A DNA stretch of 64,000 nt from a virus. Lineage: Duplodnaviria; Caudoviricetes. A model generated the notes under the pieces. The model saw only the letters and a list, made by a program, of their open reading frames with translations. It made no database searches and had not been told where the DNA came from. This document shows, piece after piece, positions 8,203 to 16,505 of the stretch. The translations under genes and the position numbers were made by a program. Position 1 is the stretch's first letter. Every line of letters starts with the position of its first letter. The stretch covers positions 1 to 64,000 of IMG/VR virus record IMGVR_UViG_3300027563_000002, one strand, 5' to 3'.

Positions 8203-8226
8203 GTTAGGTATACGAATATAGTCTAA

Positions 8227-8337
8227 TCAGAACCCCGGAGCTCCTGGAATACTGTTGAATGAGCCATTGGCCAACAGCCAGGTTGTTGCCTGGAGCATTG
8301 TGGGCTTGGAAATTGAACAGAATTGTTGTTTCATCAT
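8227..8337 (-). CDS. 36-aa leader peptide A (MMKQQFCSISKPTMLQATTWLLANGSFNSIPGAPGF)
   Basis: ATG 7 nt after a perfect -10; last codons carry an 11-nt complement of the terminator 5' arm. Confidence 0.75.
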   Translation of the reverse strand: MMKQQFCSISKPTMLQATTWLLANGSFNSIPGAPGF

Positions 8338-8344
8338 AGTGCTT

Positions 8345-8373
8345 ATTATAGTTTATTTATGATTTGTTGTCAA
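8345..8373 (-). promoter_or_regulatory. perfect sigma70 promoter TTGACA-17-TATAAT driving leader A and array A
   Basis: exact consensus; spacer also contains TAAATA. Confidence 0.9.
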
Positions 8374-8387
8374 CCTATTGACAAATT

Positions 8388-8462
8388 TGGTTGCGGGGGA
8401 CGGACTCGAACCGCCGATCTCGAGCTTATGAGACTCGTGAGTTGCCACTTCTCCACCCCGCG
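8388..8462 (-). tRNA. initiator tRNA-fMet(CAT)
   Basis: CGCGGGG 5' end, C1xA72 mismatch, CT-CAT-AA. Confidence 0.85.
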
Positions 8463-8527
8463 GCAGAATATTTATTGTAGCAGATATCAAATAGTTGGTC
8501 AAGTCAGTTTGGACAATAAGTATTTGT

Positions 8528-9580
8528 ATGCTAAAGTTAGATCAAATACGCCGGGCACATGTGGAACTGACCACTCGGTGCAATGCTCGCTGCCCCATGT
8601 GTCCCAGAAACTATCGAGGGTTTGAATACAACTCAGGATACCCTGTGACCGAGCTCACTCTCAAAGACTTCAAGCATATTTTTCAACCCAGTTTTGTTGA
8701 GCAGTTGAAACCACCACCTGTGCCACAGGATGGATTCCCTCATCAAACCAACAAATTTTATGGCGTAATTTTCAACGGTAATCTTGGCGATTTTGCCCTG
8801 GCACATGACGGTGTGGAGATTGTAGAATATCTTGTGAGCCACGGCGTGGCAGTAATCATCTCCACCAATGGCAGCATGCGGTCAAAACCATGGTGGCGCC
8901 GTTTGGCATTGCCGGGAGTCACCATTGGATTTGCCTTGGATGGCCTGGCCGACACACACAGTTTGTATAGACAAGATACCAACTGGCAAACAGTGGTTGA
9001 CAATGCTCAGGCATTCATTCAAGCAGGTGGCAGAGCCGTATGGCGATTTGCGCCATTTGATCACAATCGTCATCAAGAGAGTGCCTGTCAACAATTATCA
9101 CAGGAGTTGGGATTTGTAAGATTTGACAACATTTACGATGGCCGAAACACCGGACCAGTGTTCTCACGTGATGGCGAATACAGTCATCAAATTGGCCACG
9201 ATCCTCGTTCAGCACATATTATACCCAGCATACAAGGCCTATTGGAAAATCACAAAACATGGTTTGATCATCGCACAATCAAAATAGCCAAGGATGAACC
9301 AGAGTTACGTTTGGTATGCGAGCACAAACGCCAGGAAGAAATTTACATTGCAGCCGACGGCACAGTGTACCCTTGTTGTTTTTTGGGTTACTATCCCACC
9401 ACAATGACACACCCCGGCAACGAACAATTGAAACAATTGGTTCACGAAAACAATGCACTAGAATATGATCTTGCTCATTGCCTGGACTGGTTTGAACGCA
9501 TAGAAGAAACATGGAAACAGGCCAGCATAGCCGAAGGTAGATTATACGGCTGTGTCAACAATTGCGGAGGTAGATCATGA
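8528..9580 (+). CDS. radical SAM protein with SPASM/twitch-like C-terminus
   Basis: CNARCPMC; DGTVYPCC; start follows a TAAGTA motif. Confidence 0.85.
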   Translation: MLKLDQIRRAHVELTTRCNARCPMCPRNYRGFEYNSGYPVTELTLKDFKHIFQPSFVEQLKPPPVPQDGFPHQTNKFYGVIFNGNLGDFALAHDGVEIVEYLVSHGVAVIISTNGSMRSKPWWRRLALPGVTIGFALDGLADTHSLYRQDTNWQTVVDNAQAFIQAGGRAVWRFAPFDHNRHQESACQQLSQELGFVRFDNIYDGRNTGPVFSRDGEYSHQIGHDPRSAHIIPSIQGLLENHKTWFDHRTIKIAKDEPELRLVCEHKRQEEIYIAADGTVYPCCFLGYYPTTMTHPGNEQLKQLVHENNALEYDLAHCLDWFERIEETWKQASIAEGRLYGCVNNCGGRS

Positions 9581-10443
9581 GTGTGGCAAGAGTGTTATTT
9601 TTAGCACGTTATCGTGTGCCGCATGCTTGCTTTGCACTGCAATGGGACCACAACCTGGTGGGCATTGACCACACAGTGATTGCTACGCCCATGAGTCGAG
9701 AAGAACTAGAACCTGTGTGGGCTCAGTACAACATTGACAGCAGCAATTTTGTCTATGTCAACGACAGTGAGATCTATCAACGCTATCCCGAGGTCAATCA
9801 CTGGGTGTTTGATGGTGACTATCGTGGCTGGTGGCTGCGCCAGCAGGCAATCAAATTGGCATACTTGGACCTGCTGGACGCTGATGTCATGCTCATGCAT
9901 GACGCAGATACATTCATGACCGAACCATACTGTTGTTATGACAATGGCACACTAAACCTATTGAGTTTGTTGAACACCACACAAGGCAGTTACACAGGAG
10001 TGTTCGAAGCCATTACTGGTATGCCACACGCCAGTCCACACTGCTTTGTGACTGAGCTGTGTGCTGTGCGCAAGAGAGATTTTGTAGAGCTACGCAGACA
10101 CATTGAATCACGCTGGCCCCATAAGAAATGGCTGGATGCCATCATTGAAGCAGTGCCGGGCATGCCCACTGTACCTCCCTGGGGCGCAGGTAACATTATC
10201 AAATGGTTCAGCGAATACGAGTTGTTGGGCAACTGGGCTGTGACCCAAGGTGGTGTAACCTATCAAGCGCAACGCAGATTTGAATACAATGAACTGGACC
10301 AATTGGCCAACTTGACTACAGAATACAATGCTGTGTGTGATGCAGTTCCGGATCTGAGTCGCAGTATGCAGTTTGATTGGGCAACGTTGGATGTGCCCAA
10401 TTTTGAACACTACCGGCAGATGGTGCAGAATGTCACATCCTAA
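9577..10443 (+). CDS. DUF6492-like GT-A/nucleotide-sugar transferase-like protein
   Basis: [22 protein letters not shown]; paralog of 12867-13673. Confidence 0.55.
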   Translation: MSVARVLFLARYRVPHACFALQWDHNLVGIDHTVIATPMSREELEPVWAQYNIDSSNFVYVNDSEIYQRYPEVNHWVFDGDYRGWWLRQQAIKLAYLDLLDADVMLMHDADTFMTEPYCCYDNGTLNLLSLLNTTQGSYTGVFEAITGMPHASPHCFVTELCAVRKRDFVELRRHIESRWPHKKWLDAIIEAVPGMPTVPPWGAGNIIKWFSEYELLGNWAVTQGGVTYQAQRRFEYNELDQLANLTTEYNAVCDAVPDLSRSMQFDWATLDVPNFEHYRQMVQNVTS

Positions 10444-11521
10444 ATTCAGTTACCCAGTCTACAACCCCTGTTGTGATTCCATTGACGTGGCACGTGACTG
10501 GGGTCTGGGCATACTGGATGTCACAACTGATATTGATCTGGTGCTGGCACAACCCTTTCGTGTGGCAGCAGTGCAAGTGTTTTACAATCAACCCTGGATA
10601 TACAGTTACAATCCCAATTTGAAGATTGATCTAAGCCAGTTTGATCTTGTGTTGTTTAGTGACATGGAGTACTATACTCAAGCAGATATTGAAGACTGGA
10701 TCAGCCAACAACAGGTCCAACAATATGTGTTGGCCTTGGGAGGTATCAATCCCACTGACTGTTTGAAACCCAATCAACTGTATCGCCCTTGGTGGATTCG
10801 ACAATTTCAAGAATTTAATGAGTACACAGATACTCAGGCCACTACCAAGCCCTATTTGTTTGATGCCCTGCTTGGAGCACGTAGGCCCCATCGAGACTAT
10901 GTGATGTTGGCTCTGGCACGTGTGGGATTGCTAGAGCAAAGTCTGGTGACCTATCGTGATTGTTTTCCGGGTGCAGTGATAAATGATCAAAACACTTATT
11001 TTCAAAGCCTGTTTCCCAATAAGTTAAACTGGCCCTATGTGAGTCCACAGTTGGATCCGTTGTGGGAAGTGCGCACAGTGATCGACAACACTGTTAGTCT
11101 CGACAGCCCGTTGGAAATATATCGTCGTACTTGGTACAGTATCATTTGTGAAACCATTGGCACCGGGTCAACATTTTTTCTAAGTGAAAAAACTATAAAG
11201 GCCATGTACAACCGCAGAATCTTTGTGATTTTTGGTCCACAAGGCTACCTGCGCCACTTGCGTGAACAGGGCTTTGCCACATTCAGCGGTGTTGTTAATG
11301 AAAGTTATGATGATGAGCCCAGGGATAGCATACGCTTTCAACTGGCCATGCATCAAGTCATGCAGCTGGCCTGGTTTGAGGATCCCACAGAAATGTATGA
11401 CAGCATGAGTACTGCATTGGATCAGAATCAATCACGTTTGCGTGAGCTGGAAGAAAAACGCTCACGTGATCAGCGTGAGCTGTTGCATCATCACATACCC
11501 GGTCATCACTGGTTATGGTAA
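10430..11521 (+). CDS. putative GT-B-like protein (ET...SEKT family)
   Basis: SIICET, LSEKTIK, LREQGFATF...ESYD; paralogs elsewhere in window. Confidence 0.55.
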   Translation: MSHPKFSYPVYNPCCDSIDVARDWGLGILDVTTDIDLVLAQPFRVAAVQVFYNQPWIYSYNPNLKIDLSQFDLVLFSDMEYYTQADIEDWISQQQVQQYVLALGGINPTDCLKPNQLYRPWWIRQFQEFNEYTDTQATTKPYLFDALLGARRPHRDYVMLALARVGLLEQSLVTYRDCFPGAVINDQNTYFQSLFPNKLNWPYVSPQLDPLWEVRTVIDNTVSLDSPLEIYRRTWYSIICETIGTGSTFFLSEKTIKAMYNRRIFVIFGPQGYLRHLREQGFATFSGVVNESYDDEPRDSIRFQLAMHQVMQLAWFEDPTEMYDSMSTALDQNQSRLRELEEKRSRDQRELLHHHIPGHHWLW

Positions 11522-12328
11522 ATCAAAATCTCTTGTGATTCTGTTGTACCACTGCTCGGCAATGAGTTCTTGGCCGCGTGGGCTAGAGTGATATCCAGGG
11601 TCTTCGCCTGTGAACGGATTGTTGCCACAGATGGCCTGTGGATTTTGATCACTGTGGGTCAACAGATACTGGTCGGGAATCATGCCGGGAAATGCCTCAC
11701 GCCATTGAGTGGGATTGCTGGGGTCAAACGGCCACAGCAGGTTGGGCAAGAACAAAAACTTGATGCCATCCAGGTACATTGACATCACACCTTCACGCAT
11801 GATCCACTCGTCTTGTTGTTTTTTCCAAGCATTGTCATAAATGCTGTCAATCCAGGCACGAATGCCACGTTGTGCATCTTTGCTGATTCTAGCCATTCTA
11901 TAGGGATGATCAAAGTTTTCTGCCAGTGTAAAAATAGTTTCACAAATCATGTTGCTGGGCCCTGTGCCATAGTTCACATTCTTTATACCATCTTCTCTGC
12001 AATATCCGTTGCCACGTTTGCAATCTTGCAGGTGCTTTTCCAGTGGCGGATTCTCTCCAGCACTGGGCGCTTGTGTCCAATCGTATGGAGCAGAGTTGGC
12101 AGGGATTTCCATACGATCCCAAAACGTTGCACTTACCACAGCAAAGTCTGGACGTTGTCTGCGTATTTCTTCCATTTGCAAACGGATACCGCCATTGCTG
12201 CAACCTTGACGTGCTAGATTGACCAAGTTCCAGCCCAGTCGTTGGGCCAGTAGTTCACTCCAGGCAGTGCCAGGCATGGTGTTTGACACTGCTGAAAACG
12301 AGCAGCCTGCTACCATTAATTTTTTCAT
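11513..12328 (-). CDS. SGNH/GDSL-like hydrolase or acyltransferase
   Basis: N-terminal GCSFS, NLARQGCSN, C-terminal His. Confidence 0.6.
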   Translation of the reverse strand: MKKLMVAGCSFSAVSNTMPGTAWSELLAQRLGWNLVNLARQGCSNGGIRLQMEEIRRQRPDFAVVSATFWDRMEIPANSAPYDWTQAPSAGENPPLEKHLQDCKRGNGYCREDGIKNVNYGTGPSNMICETIFTLAENFDHPYRMARISKDAQRGIRAWIDSIYDNAWKKQQDEWIMREGVMSMYLDGIKFLFLPNLLWPFDPSNPTQWREAFPGMIPDQYLLTHSDQNPQAICGNNPFTGEDPGYHSSPRGQELIAEQWYNRITRDFDLP

Positions 12329-12870
12329 TGCATTGACTCCAGTATTGATTGCACCTCTTGCGGCACATGGTATTCGTTGCGGTGTCCGTTGATGTGAAAT
12401 GGTTCCACTGTGTTTTTGTGCAGAGGAAATTCATCCAAACTATACACATCTGCGTCCAACGAAAACACACAATTGCCTTGTCCGGGACCTTGAAATGTCA
12501 CTGCATTTTTGAAATGTTGTGTCACACAACGATTTACAAACACATGATGCAGGTGCCCATAATCGCCTGATTGATTGTGTGTGAGCACCAGGTCCTGGTC
12601 AGCAATGGCCGACAATATGGCCTGCTGGGCAGCAGACGCATCAAAACTTATGAATTTGTTTTCGATATCATGCCAGTTGTCCACAAATTCCAAAAATTTA
12701 GTTGCAACTCCTCGACGAGCCCAAAATTGTGCGAATTCGCTGCCACGATGGTCTGTGGCACCGTAGGTAAGATAACAAACAGTCCAATCAAATTTGGGGT
12801 GATGATGCATAAAACTGTAGGCAAATATCACACAATCATCAGGGTGTGCTACCATGACCGTGGCCTTCAT
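12325..12870 (-). CDS. PIG-L/LmbE-like deacetylase
   Basis: VAHPDD and THN..GDYGHLHH motifs. Confidence 0.8.
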   Translation of the reverse strand: MKATVMVAHPDDCVIFAYSFMHHHPKFDWTVCYLTYGATDHRGSEFAQFWARRGVATKFLEFVDNWHDIENKFISFDASAAQQAILSAIADQDLVLTHNQSGDYGHLHHVFVNRCVTQHFKNAVTFQGPGQGNCVFSLDADVYSLDEFPLHKNTVEPFHINGHRNEYHVPQEVQSILESMQ

Positions 12871-13673
12871 TTGATACCTCTTTGAGATAAGAAATTGATA
12901 TATCGAGCACGTTGCTGGTCTGACAGTTGTTGCCAGGCATTTCGATGTATGCTCACTGTGGTGGCCTGACACATCTCAGAAAATTTCCGATCAAATTCTG
13001 CCACCTCACTGTGACATAAATTACAAGGCACAATACTGGTGTGATCAACATCATAAATTTTATCAAATGATCCTTGGGAAAACAACACATATCCTGAATA
13101 CAGAATGAACTCAGTTATCATTCCTTGATCTTGAAACCAGTGTGCAAAATCTTGTTTGGTGCGTGACTGTATTTCTTGAATCATGTCATATACCAATTGA
13201 TTGTTCATCACAAAAGGCACACCACCGGGGCCCAGTTGATTTGATAAATCGATGTCAAACAGTTTGCTGACTAGTTGTTGACTGATTTTAAATACAGGAA
13301 ATATATCCAACAACCCTGTCTGCGGACGATCATGGTATTTTGGCACTGGGTTGACAAACAACGTTTTGGCATCCACGACCATGCTCCAGGTATTTTTGCC
13401 AAGAGCACAGGCCAGCAATTTCAAAAGTTGTTGAGTAAGCCATCCGTTTTCGGCGTAATCGACGGACCAACTGCTACGATGAATTATCTTTACACGATCT
13501 TTGAATTGTCCCCACCAAGCAGGATTCACATCATCGACGGTCATGCGGTCATCGTTGACAATCACAACAATGTCACCAAGGTCCATGTGTTGACAATACA
13601 ATTCCACACTTTGTGCCTGTAATTTCAGTGTGGGTAATTCGTCAAGAAATACCACAGTAACTAGATCCATCAT
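12867..13673 (-). CDS. DUF6492-like protein
   Basis: GWLTQQLLKL, VDAK, TEFILY. Confidence 0.55.
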   Translation of the reverse strand: MMDLVTVVFLDELPTLKLQAQSVELYCQHMDLGDIVVIVNDDRMTVDDVNPAWWGQFKDRVKIIHRSSWSVDYAENGWLTQQLLKLLACALGKNTWSMVVDAKTLFVNPVPKYHDRPQTGLLDIFPVFKISQQLVSKLFDIDLSNQLGPGGVPFVMNNQLVYDMIQEIQSRTKQDFAHWFQDQGMITEFILYSGYVLFSQGSFDKIYDVDHTSIVPCNLCHSEVAEFDRKFSEMCQATTVSIHRNAWQQLSDQQRARYINFLSQRGIK

Positions 13674-13715
13674 GACAATATTTAAGTGTTACAGCTCAGG
13701 CAATAATTTATATCA

Positions 13716-13792
13716 TGGGGTGCATGATGGGATTCGAACCCACGCATATCGGAATCACAATCCGAGGTCTTGACCGCTTGACGACACGCACC
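13716..13792 (-). tRNA. tRNA-His(GTG)
   Basis: TT-GTG-AT, G-1:C73. Confidence 0.9.
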
Positions 13793-13866
13793 ATATTGAA
13801 GCACACTCAACTTTCTGCCCTTGATTCACTACTGCTACTAGGGGCATGTTCTAATGTGCTTCAATA
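13793..13866 (-). ncRNA. long-stem inter-tRNA element
   Basis: perfect IR (CC)ATATTGAAGCACA/TGTGCTTCAATAT(GG). Confidence 0.45.
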
Positions 13867-13943
13867 TGGCGCGACCAGAAGGATTCGAACCTCCCACCCC
13901 TGCGTTCGTAGCACAGTGCTCTATCCAAATGAGCTATGGTCGC
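13867..13943 (-). tRNA. tRNA-Arg(ACG)
   Basis: CT-ACG-AA, CCA. Confidence 0.9.
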
Positions 13944-14727
13944 TGTTCAAATATGATTGAATTCTATTTGCAATAGTTTGTTGCAAGTTTAATTTAATCA
14001 TGCTATTTTCGTCTCCGTTGGCATAATGATATTGTTGAAATAAATCAATACAGTTAATACCATCTTTAAGAATTTTATCAAATACATCTATATTTTCTTG
14101 ATTCATATCACCAAATTTAACTATGGTCCATTTTATAGAAAAATGCGTTAGCACTTTAACAAGTTGTTCATAACTTTTTTTATGTTTTTTGCTGTGCCAG
14201 TCACGAGACTGGTTTGTTTGAAACTGTATCCTATGCAAGAGTTTTTGATGTACTTCAATGGGTGTTATACTGTGATTGATCAAAGATTCAAGATTTTTCT
14301 CAAAAAAGTATCTTTTATTTTCATATCTAAATGAACTTGACACATGTGGAAATGTAAAATCAGTTACTAACACATGATCTGGCATTCCTACTTCTTCAAT
14401 GTGCTGTAAAAGACGTTTGTGATATCCGGTAAAAGTAGCTCCGTTGAATGAACGATTTGTTACTTCGGCGTTCATCAAATTGGGCCAAGCTACTTTTAGC
14501 TCTTCCTCACGAAGATACGTCCACATGGCTGTCTCAATGTCTCGTGAAGATATTGGATCTAAATTATTATTTTTGCGCCTCCGAGCCAGGAACCACATTA
14601 TTGCCTTAGGCACATTTTCAGAATGAAAACGTAAACTCCATGAGCGAGGTAATGAATTACCTAAAACTTCATCGGCTAAACAGTTATTACCGTTACTTTG
14701 ACAATCCCCTAGCACTAGTATTTTCAT
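13921..14727 (-). CDS. AT-rich SGNH-like hypothetical protein inserted in tRNA array B
   Basis: LGDCQS N-terminus; 3' end overlaps tRNA-Arg by 23 nt. Confidence 0.6.
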   Translation of the reverse strand: MKILVLGDCQSNGNNCLADEVLGNSLPRSWSLRFHSENVPKAIMWFLARRRKNNNLDPISSRDIETAMWTYLREEELKVAWPNLMNAEVTNRSFNGATFTGYHKRLLQHIEEVGMPDHVLVTDFTFPHVSSSFRYENKRYFFEKNLESLINHSITPIEVHQKLLHRIQFQTNQSRDWHSKKHKKSYEQLVKVLTHFSIKWTIVKFGDMNQENIDVFDKILKDGINCIDLFQQYHYANGDENSMIKLNLQQTIANRIQSYLNSDHSSFG

Positions 14728-14834
14728 AACTTATGTATATAATTTATCACGTTGATAAAATTTTAGAAAGATTTGTACAATTGTCACTTCACTATTTAAA
14801 CTCCAATTGGGAATATCTAGTGACATCATAAACT

Positions 14835-14910
14835 TGGCGGTCCTAGGGGGTAACGATCCCCACTCTTACGGCGTGACAAGCCGTCGTGCGTCCATGAACA
14901 CTTTAGGACC
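14835..14910 (-). tRNA. tRNA-Asp(GTC)
   Basis: TT-GTC-AC, G73; T-loop ATCGTTA. Confidence 0.88.
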
Positions 14911-14916
14911 AAAAAT

Positions 14917-15002
14917 TGGTGGAGACGGATGGATTCGAACCACCGCGCTTTTTAGGGGCCAGATTTACAGTCTGGTGCAATCAACCACTCTGCCACGTCT
15001 CC
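14917..15002 (-). tRNA. tRNA-Tyr(GTA)
   Basis: CT-GTA-AA, long variable arm. Confidence 0.9.
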
Positions 15003-15010
15003 AAAAAAGA

Positions 15011-15076
15011 GTAAGGGCAAGGTTGCAGAGCCTAGTGTCCCAGACTGGGAGAAGTGCTCAGGCGATATGCCCTTAC
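15011..15076 (-). ncRNA. putative small structured RNA between tRNAs
   Basis: 9-bp IR GTAAGGGCA/TGCCCTTAC plus inner TCCCAG/CTGGGA hairpin. Confidence 0.4.
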
Positions 15077-15081
15077 AAAAA

Positions 15082-15156
15082 TGGTACACGATACGAGAAT
15101 CGAACTCGTCTTTCCGGCGTGAAAGGCCAGCGTCCTAACCGATAGACGAATCGTGC
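15082..15156 (-). tRNA. tRNA-Glu(TTC)
   Basis: CT-TTC-AC, CCA. Confidence 0.9.
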
Positions 15157-15160
15157 AAAT

Positions 15161-15395
15161 TACTATATGAAAATACATTAGGGAAGTTCTTGACACGCAT
15201 CACCAACTTGCATCAAGACCTCATTACGGGCCCAGTTGTTCCGCCGCCTTCCTGGAGTTTGTTATAGTTCTTGCCCTTTGACTCGATGGTGTCTCGTCAT
15301 ACTCTAGAACCCTCCTGCTTCATGGGTATCCGGTTCGCATCAACCTTCGTTCACCCCTAACGGACTAGGTAACCCTAATGTGTTTTCATATAGTA
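15161..15395 (-). ncRNA. about 235-nt putative ncRNA closed by a 23-bp stem
   Basis: 15161-15183 and 15373-15395 are inverted repeats with one mismatch; no ORF-track entry inside. Confidence 0.5.
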
Positions 15396-15488
15396 CCCTA
15401 TAACTAGACAGGGACTATATGACAATCGAAATTTTAACTAACCGGTCAACTAGTCTCGATCGACTGTGCTGTTTTCTAACTAGTCTCT

Positions 15489-15517
15489 AGTATAACACCT
15501 CTACCATTATTGGTCTA
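15489..15517 (-). promoter_or_regulatory. possible secondary promoter TAGACC-17-TATACT
   Basis: just downstream of terminator B. Confidence 0.45.
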
Positions 15518-15521
15518 GCAC

Positions 15522-15554
15522 AAAAAGAAAAACCCGCCTAGGTGGCGGGTTTTT
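15522..15554 (-). terminator. attenuator terminator of tRNA array B
   Basis: AAAAACCCGCC-ACCTA-GGCGGGTTTTTCTTTTT. Confidence 0.85.
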
Positions 15555-15574
15555 GCTTGAGTAGTACTTTTGTA

Positions 15575-15685
15575 TTAGGTACCACTGCTCCCGCTGTGTG
15601 TAGTATAGGCCAGCGCCTCACGACGATAATCATGTAGTTCGTGTGAGGGTATCTCAAAGGACAGTTGGGCGATTTGCTTAATCAT
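15575..15685 (-). CDS. 36-aa leader peptide B (MIKQIAQLSFEIPSHELHDYRREALAYTTHSGSSGT)
   Basis: ATG 5 nt after TATAAT; rich in E/H/D/Y/R; 3' codons can pair with the terminator 5' arm. Confidence 0.72.
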   Translation of the reverse strand: MIKQIAQLSFEIPSHELHDYRREALAYTTHSGSSGT

Positions 15686-15690
15686 AGTGT

Positions 15691-15719
15691 ATTATATATG
15701 ACAGTGAGTCAAAAGTCAA
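15691..15719 (-). promoter_or_regulatory. sigma70 promoter TTGACT-17-TATAAT driving leader B
   Basis: near-consensus. Confidence 0.85.
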
Positions 15720-15745
15720 TGATTTTCTAAACGTCTTTTACCGAT

Positions 15746-15937
15746 TCATGTTCTTCCGGGTGGAAGTTTTGTGGTACCCAGTTGACGTTCAAATGAACCA
15801 GGTCCGGCCAACTCAGGTGGCAAGGGTGGTGGAACATAGCGTTCCTTTGGCGGCTTTGAGCCAAATATGGATTGGTGTCGGTTGGCCAGTTCTTCCTGAC
15901 TGACCACTGACGGACGGGGTCGTGTGCCTTTGCTCAT
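15746..15937 (-). CDS. small hypothetical protein (MSKGTRPRP)
   Basis: GAGGAG SD. Confidence 0.65.
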   Translation of the reverse strand: MSKGTRPRPSVVSQEELANRHQSIFGSKPPKERYVPPPLPPELAGPGSFERQLGTTKLPPGRT

Positions 15938-15970
15938 GGTATCTCCTCAATAGTGTAGTATACACAAAGA

Positions 15971-16154
15971 CAAAAGGCCCGTCAAGGCCTTTTGGGTTGT
16001 TTCTGTTACGAGGTATTTCCTACCCTAGGCAGTGTTTAGGCTGCCAAAGCGAACTGTTCGTCGTTTGCATTTACGTTTTTTGCTTGATTAACGGTCATCG
16101 CCTACCGTGCTGTCCACTCTGGTACTTGTTGCCCTGTCGAAACTATGCAGGCCC
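15971..16154 (-). ncRNA. ssrA: tmRNA coding piece (permuted two-piece tmRNA)
   Basis: 5' GGGCCTG-CATAG-TTTCGAC; tag ANDEQFALAA* at 16068-16036; terminator hairpin 15971-15994. Confidence 0.9.
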
Positions 16155-16166
16155 ATCATAAAAAGT

Positions 16167-16427
16167 CTATTTCGAACAGTAAGTTTCCTTACAAGTCGAA
16201 CAAGAAATATCTAATAGTTTAATATCAAATACTTCCATTTCTAAATGCTTACAACACTTATCTTTACAGTTAGCACAATCTAAATTATCAAGTGCATCAT
16301 AAACACATTTAGTTTCTGAACAAAACATTCCTGTATTTCTATTAGGAAAGTTTCTACAACAACTAGGACGAGTTTCATAGATGCTACAAAGTTCATCAGC
16401 GTTTAAGTAAGGACAGCTTATACTCAT
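16167..16427 (-). CDS. Cys-rich YkgJ-like (Zn/Fe-chelating) protein inside the tmRNA intervening segment
   Basis: CPYL...CSIYETRPSCCRNFP and CxxCxxxCC; AT-rich; GAGG SD. Confidence 0.7.
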   Translation of the reverse strand: MSISCPYLNADELCSIYETRPSCCRNFPNRNTGMFCSETKCVYDALDNLDCANCKDKCCKHLEMEVFDIKLLDISCSTCKETYCSK

Positions 16428-16438
16428 TAGACCTCTTA

Positions 16439-16505
16439 TGGTGGACCTGGGGGGATTCGCACCCCCGTCCAGAACACTTTTCTCATCACTTCATACAGCA
16501 ATAAC
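16439..16505 (-). ncRNA. ssrA: tmRNA acceptor piece
   Basis: GGACGGGGGTGCGAATCCCCCCAGGTCCACCA; pairs with GGGCCTG to give G3-U70; 5' limit approximate. Confidence 0.88.

Noticed and set aside
8227-8250. Leader A C-terminus (PGAPGF) as a RAPP/RAGP-type arrest peptide
   Set aside because: It lacks the Arg, and the codons are fully explained by the antiterminator base-pairing constraint.
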